Shown: positions 63,581-64,000 of the stretch, piece by piece
How positions within the stretch are numbered: position 1 is the stretch's first letter
Layout of the letters: each line of letters begins with the position of its first letter
DNA from: Basidiobolus meristosporus CBS 931.73
Taxonomy: Eukaryota > Fungi > Basidiobolomycota
Assembly: GCA_002104905.1 (NCBI GenBank)
Contig: MCFE01000073.1
Span: 62,001-126,000 of the forward strand
Direction of reading: 5' to 3'
Length of the DNA: 64,000 nt
The notes under the pieces: model-generated
What the model was told of the DNA's origin: nothing
Seen by the model: the letters and a program-made list of their open reading frames with translations, nothing else
Databases searched by the model: none
Position numbers and translations under genes: made by a program

Positions 63581-64000
63581 TTAGGCTATAGTTTTCGGGG
63601 ACGTCGAGGATCTAAGGCCCAATATACTACGGACATCCTCGACTCCGCTTAAAGCATCAAGGAATGGGATCAAGTCGGATAAACACTCATCGTATGGGTC
63701 ATCATTCATCCATGTCTTGATGGGAACAGCGTTTCGTTGATTGATTGCGTAGGAAAACGGCGAGTTGTCTACCAGTATCACCTTCGAGAGGTCCGGGTTA
63801 ATGATAGAAAGATCTTTCATAAAGACACCGTTACGATATGTACAACTCTGTGAAGGCTAGAAGTTAACACACATTCTATAACGACAAGTGCATCATCGAT
63901 TAAATTACCTCTCTATATAATCTCTTGGAAAATATCTCTGATGCTAGCCCGTATTTAGCCATAACTTGGCCTTCGAGCCAATCTATAATGGGGTCTGCAT
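63581..64000 (-). CDS. NEM1: NIF/FCP1-family phosphatase, Nem1/CTDNEP1-like, 3' end only
   Basis: YADPIIDWL...RLYRE|SCTYRNGVFMKDLSIINPDLSKVILVDNSPFSY...DLIPFLDAL..VEDVRSILGLR. The gene continues beyond the window. Confidence 0.8.

Noticed and set aside
52447-64000. Functional gene cluster (PSD2, NEM1, DAP1, YAH1, GPX) or a link between pelota and transposon control
   Set aside because: These are unrelated housekeeping genes with no shared motif or pathway evidence in the sequence; adjacency is adequately explained by chance.

Overview
Eukaryotic genomic window, most likely from an early-diverging fungus (inferred from short GT-AG introns of about 55-110 bp and the gene set; the species cannot be fixed from sequence alone). 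It has two sharply separated parts. (1) 1-52,248 is an AT-rich, CpG-depleted array of nested, mostly decayed transposons. It contains one Ty3/gypsy family (three large copies plus a gag fragment) and two Ty1/copia families, here called Copia-A and Copia-B. It also contains a non-autonomous LTR element with copia-type LTRs and PBS but a non-copia 2.36-kb interior (Copia-C), CACTA/EnSpm Tnp2-like remnants, a PIF/Harbinger-type (DDE_Tnp_4) transposase remnant, and a 728-bp foldback element that shares that transposase element's terminus. Target-site duplications (TSDs) allow a nesting up to five levels deep to be reconstructed between 27.8 and 47.9 kb. All copia-type elements carry a half-tRNA-iMet (anticodon-arm) primer-binding site. 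(2) 52,249-64,000 is CpG-rich, compact, intron-containing gene space: DOM34/pelota (-), an unknown tail-anchored coiled-coil protein (-), PSD2 (+), WBP11 (-), a Cys-type glutathione peroxidase (-), mitochondrial ferredoxin YAH1 (-), DAP1/MAPR (-) and the 3' end of NEM1 (-). No rRNA, tRNA gene or CRISPR array was seen. All alignments, identities and exon boundaries were done by eye and need computational confirmation.
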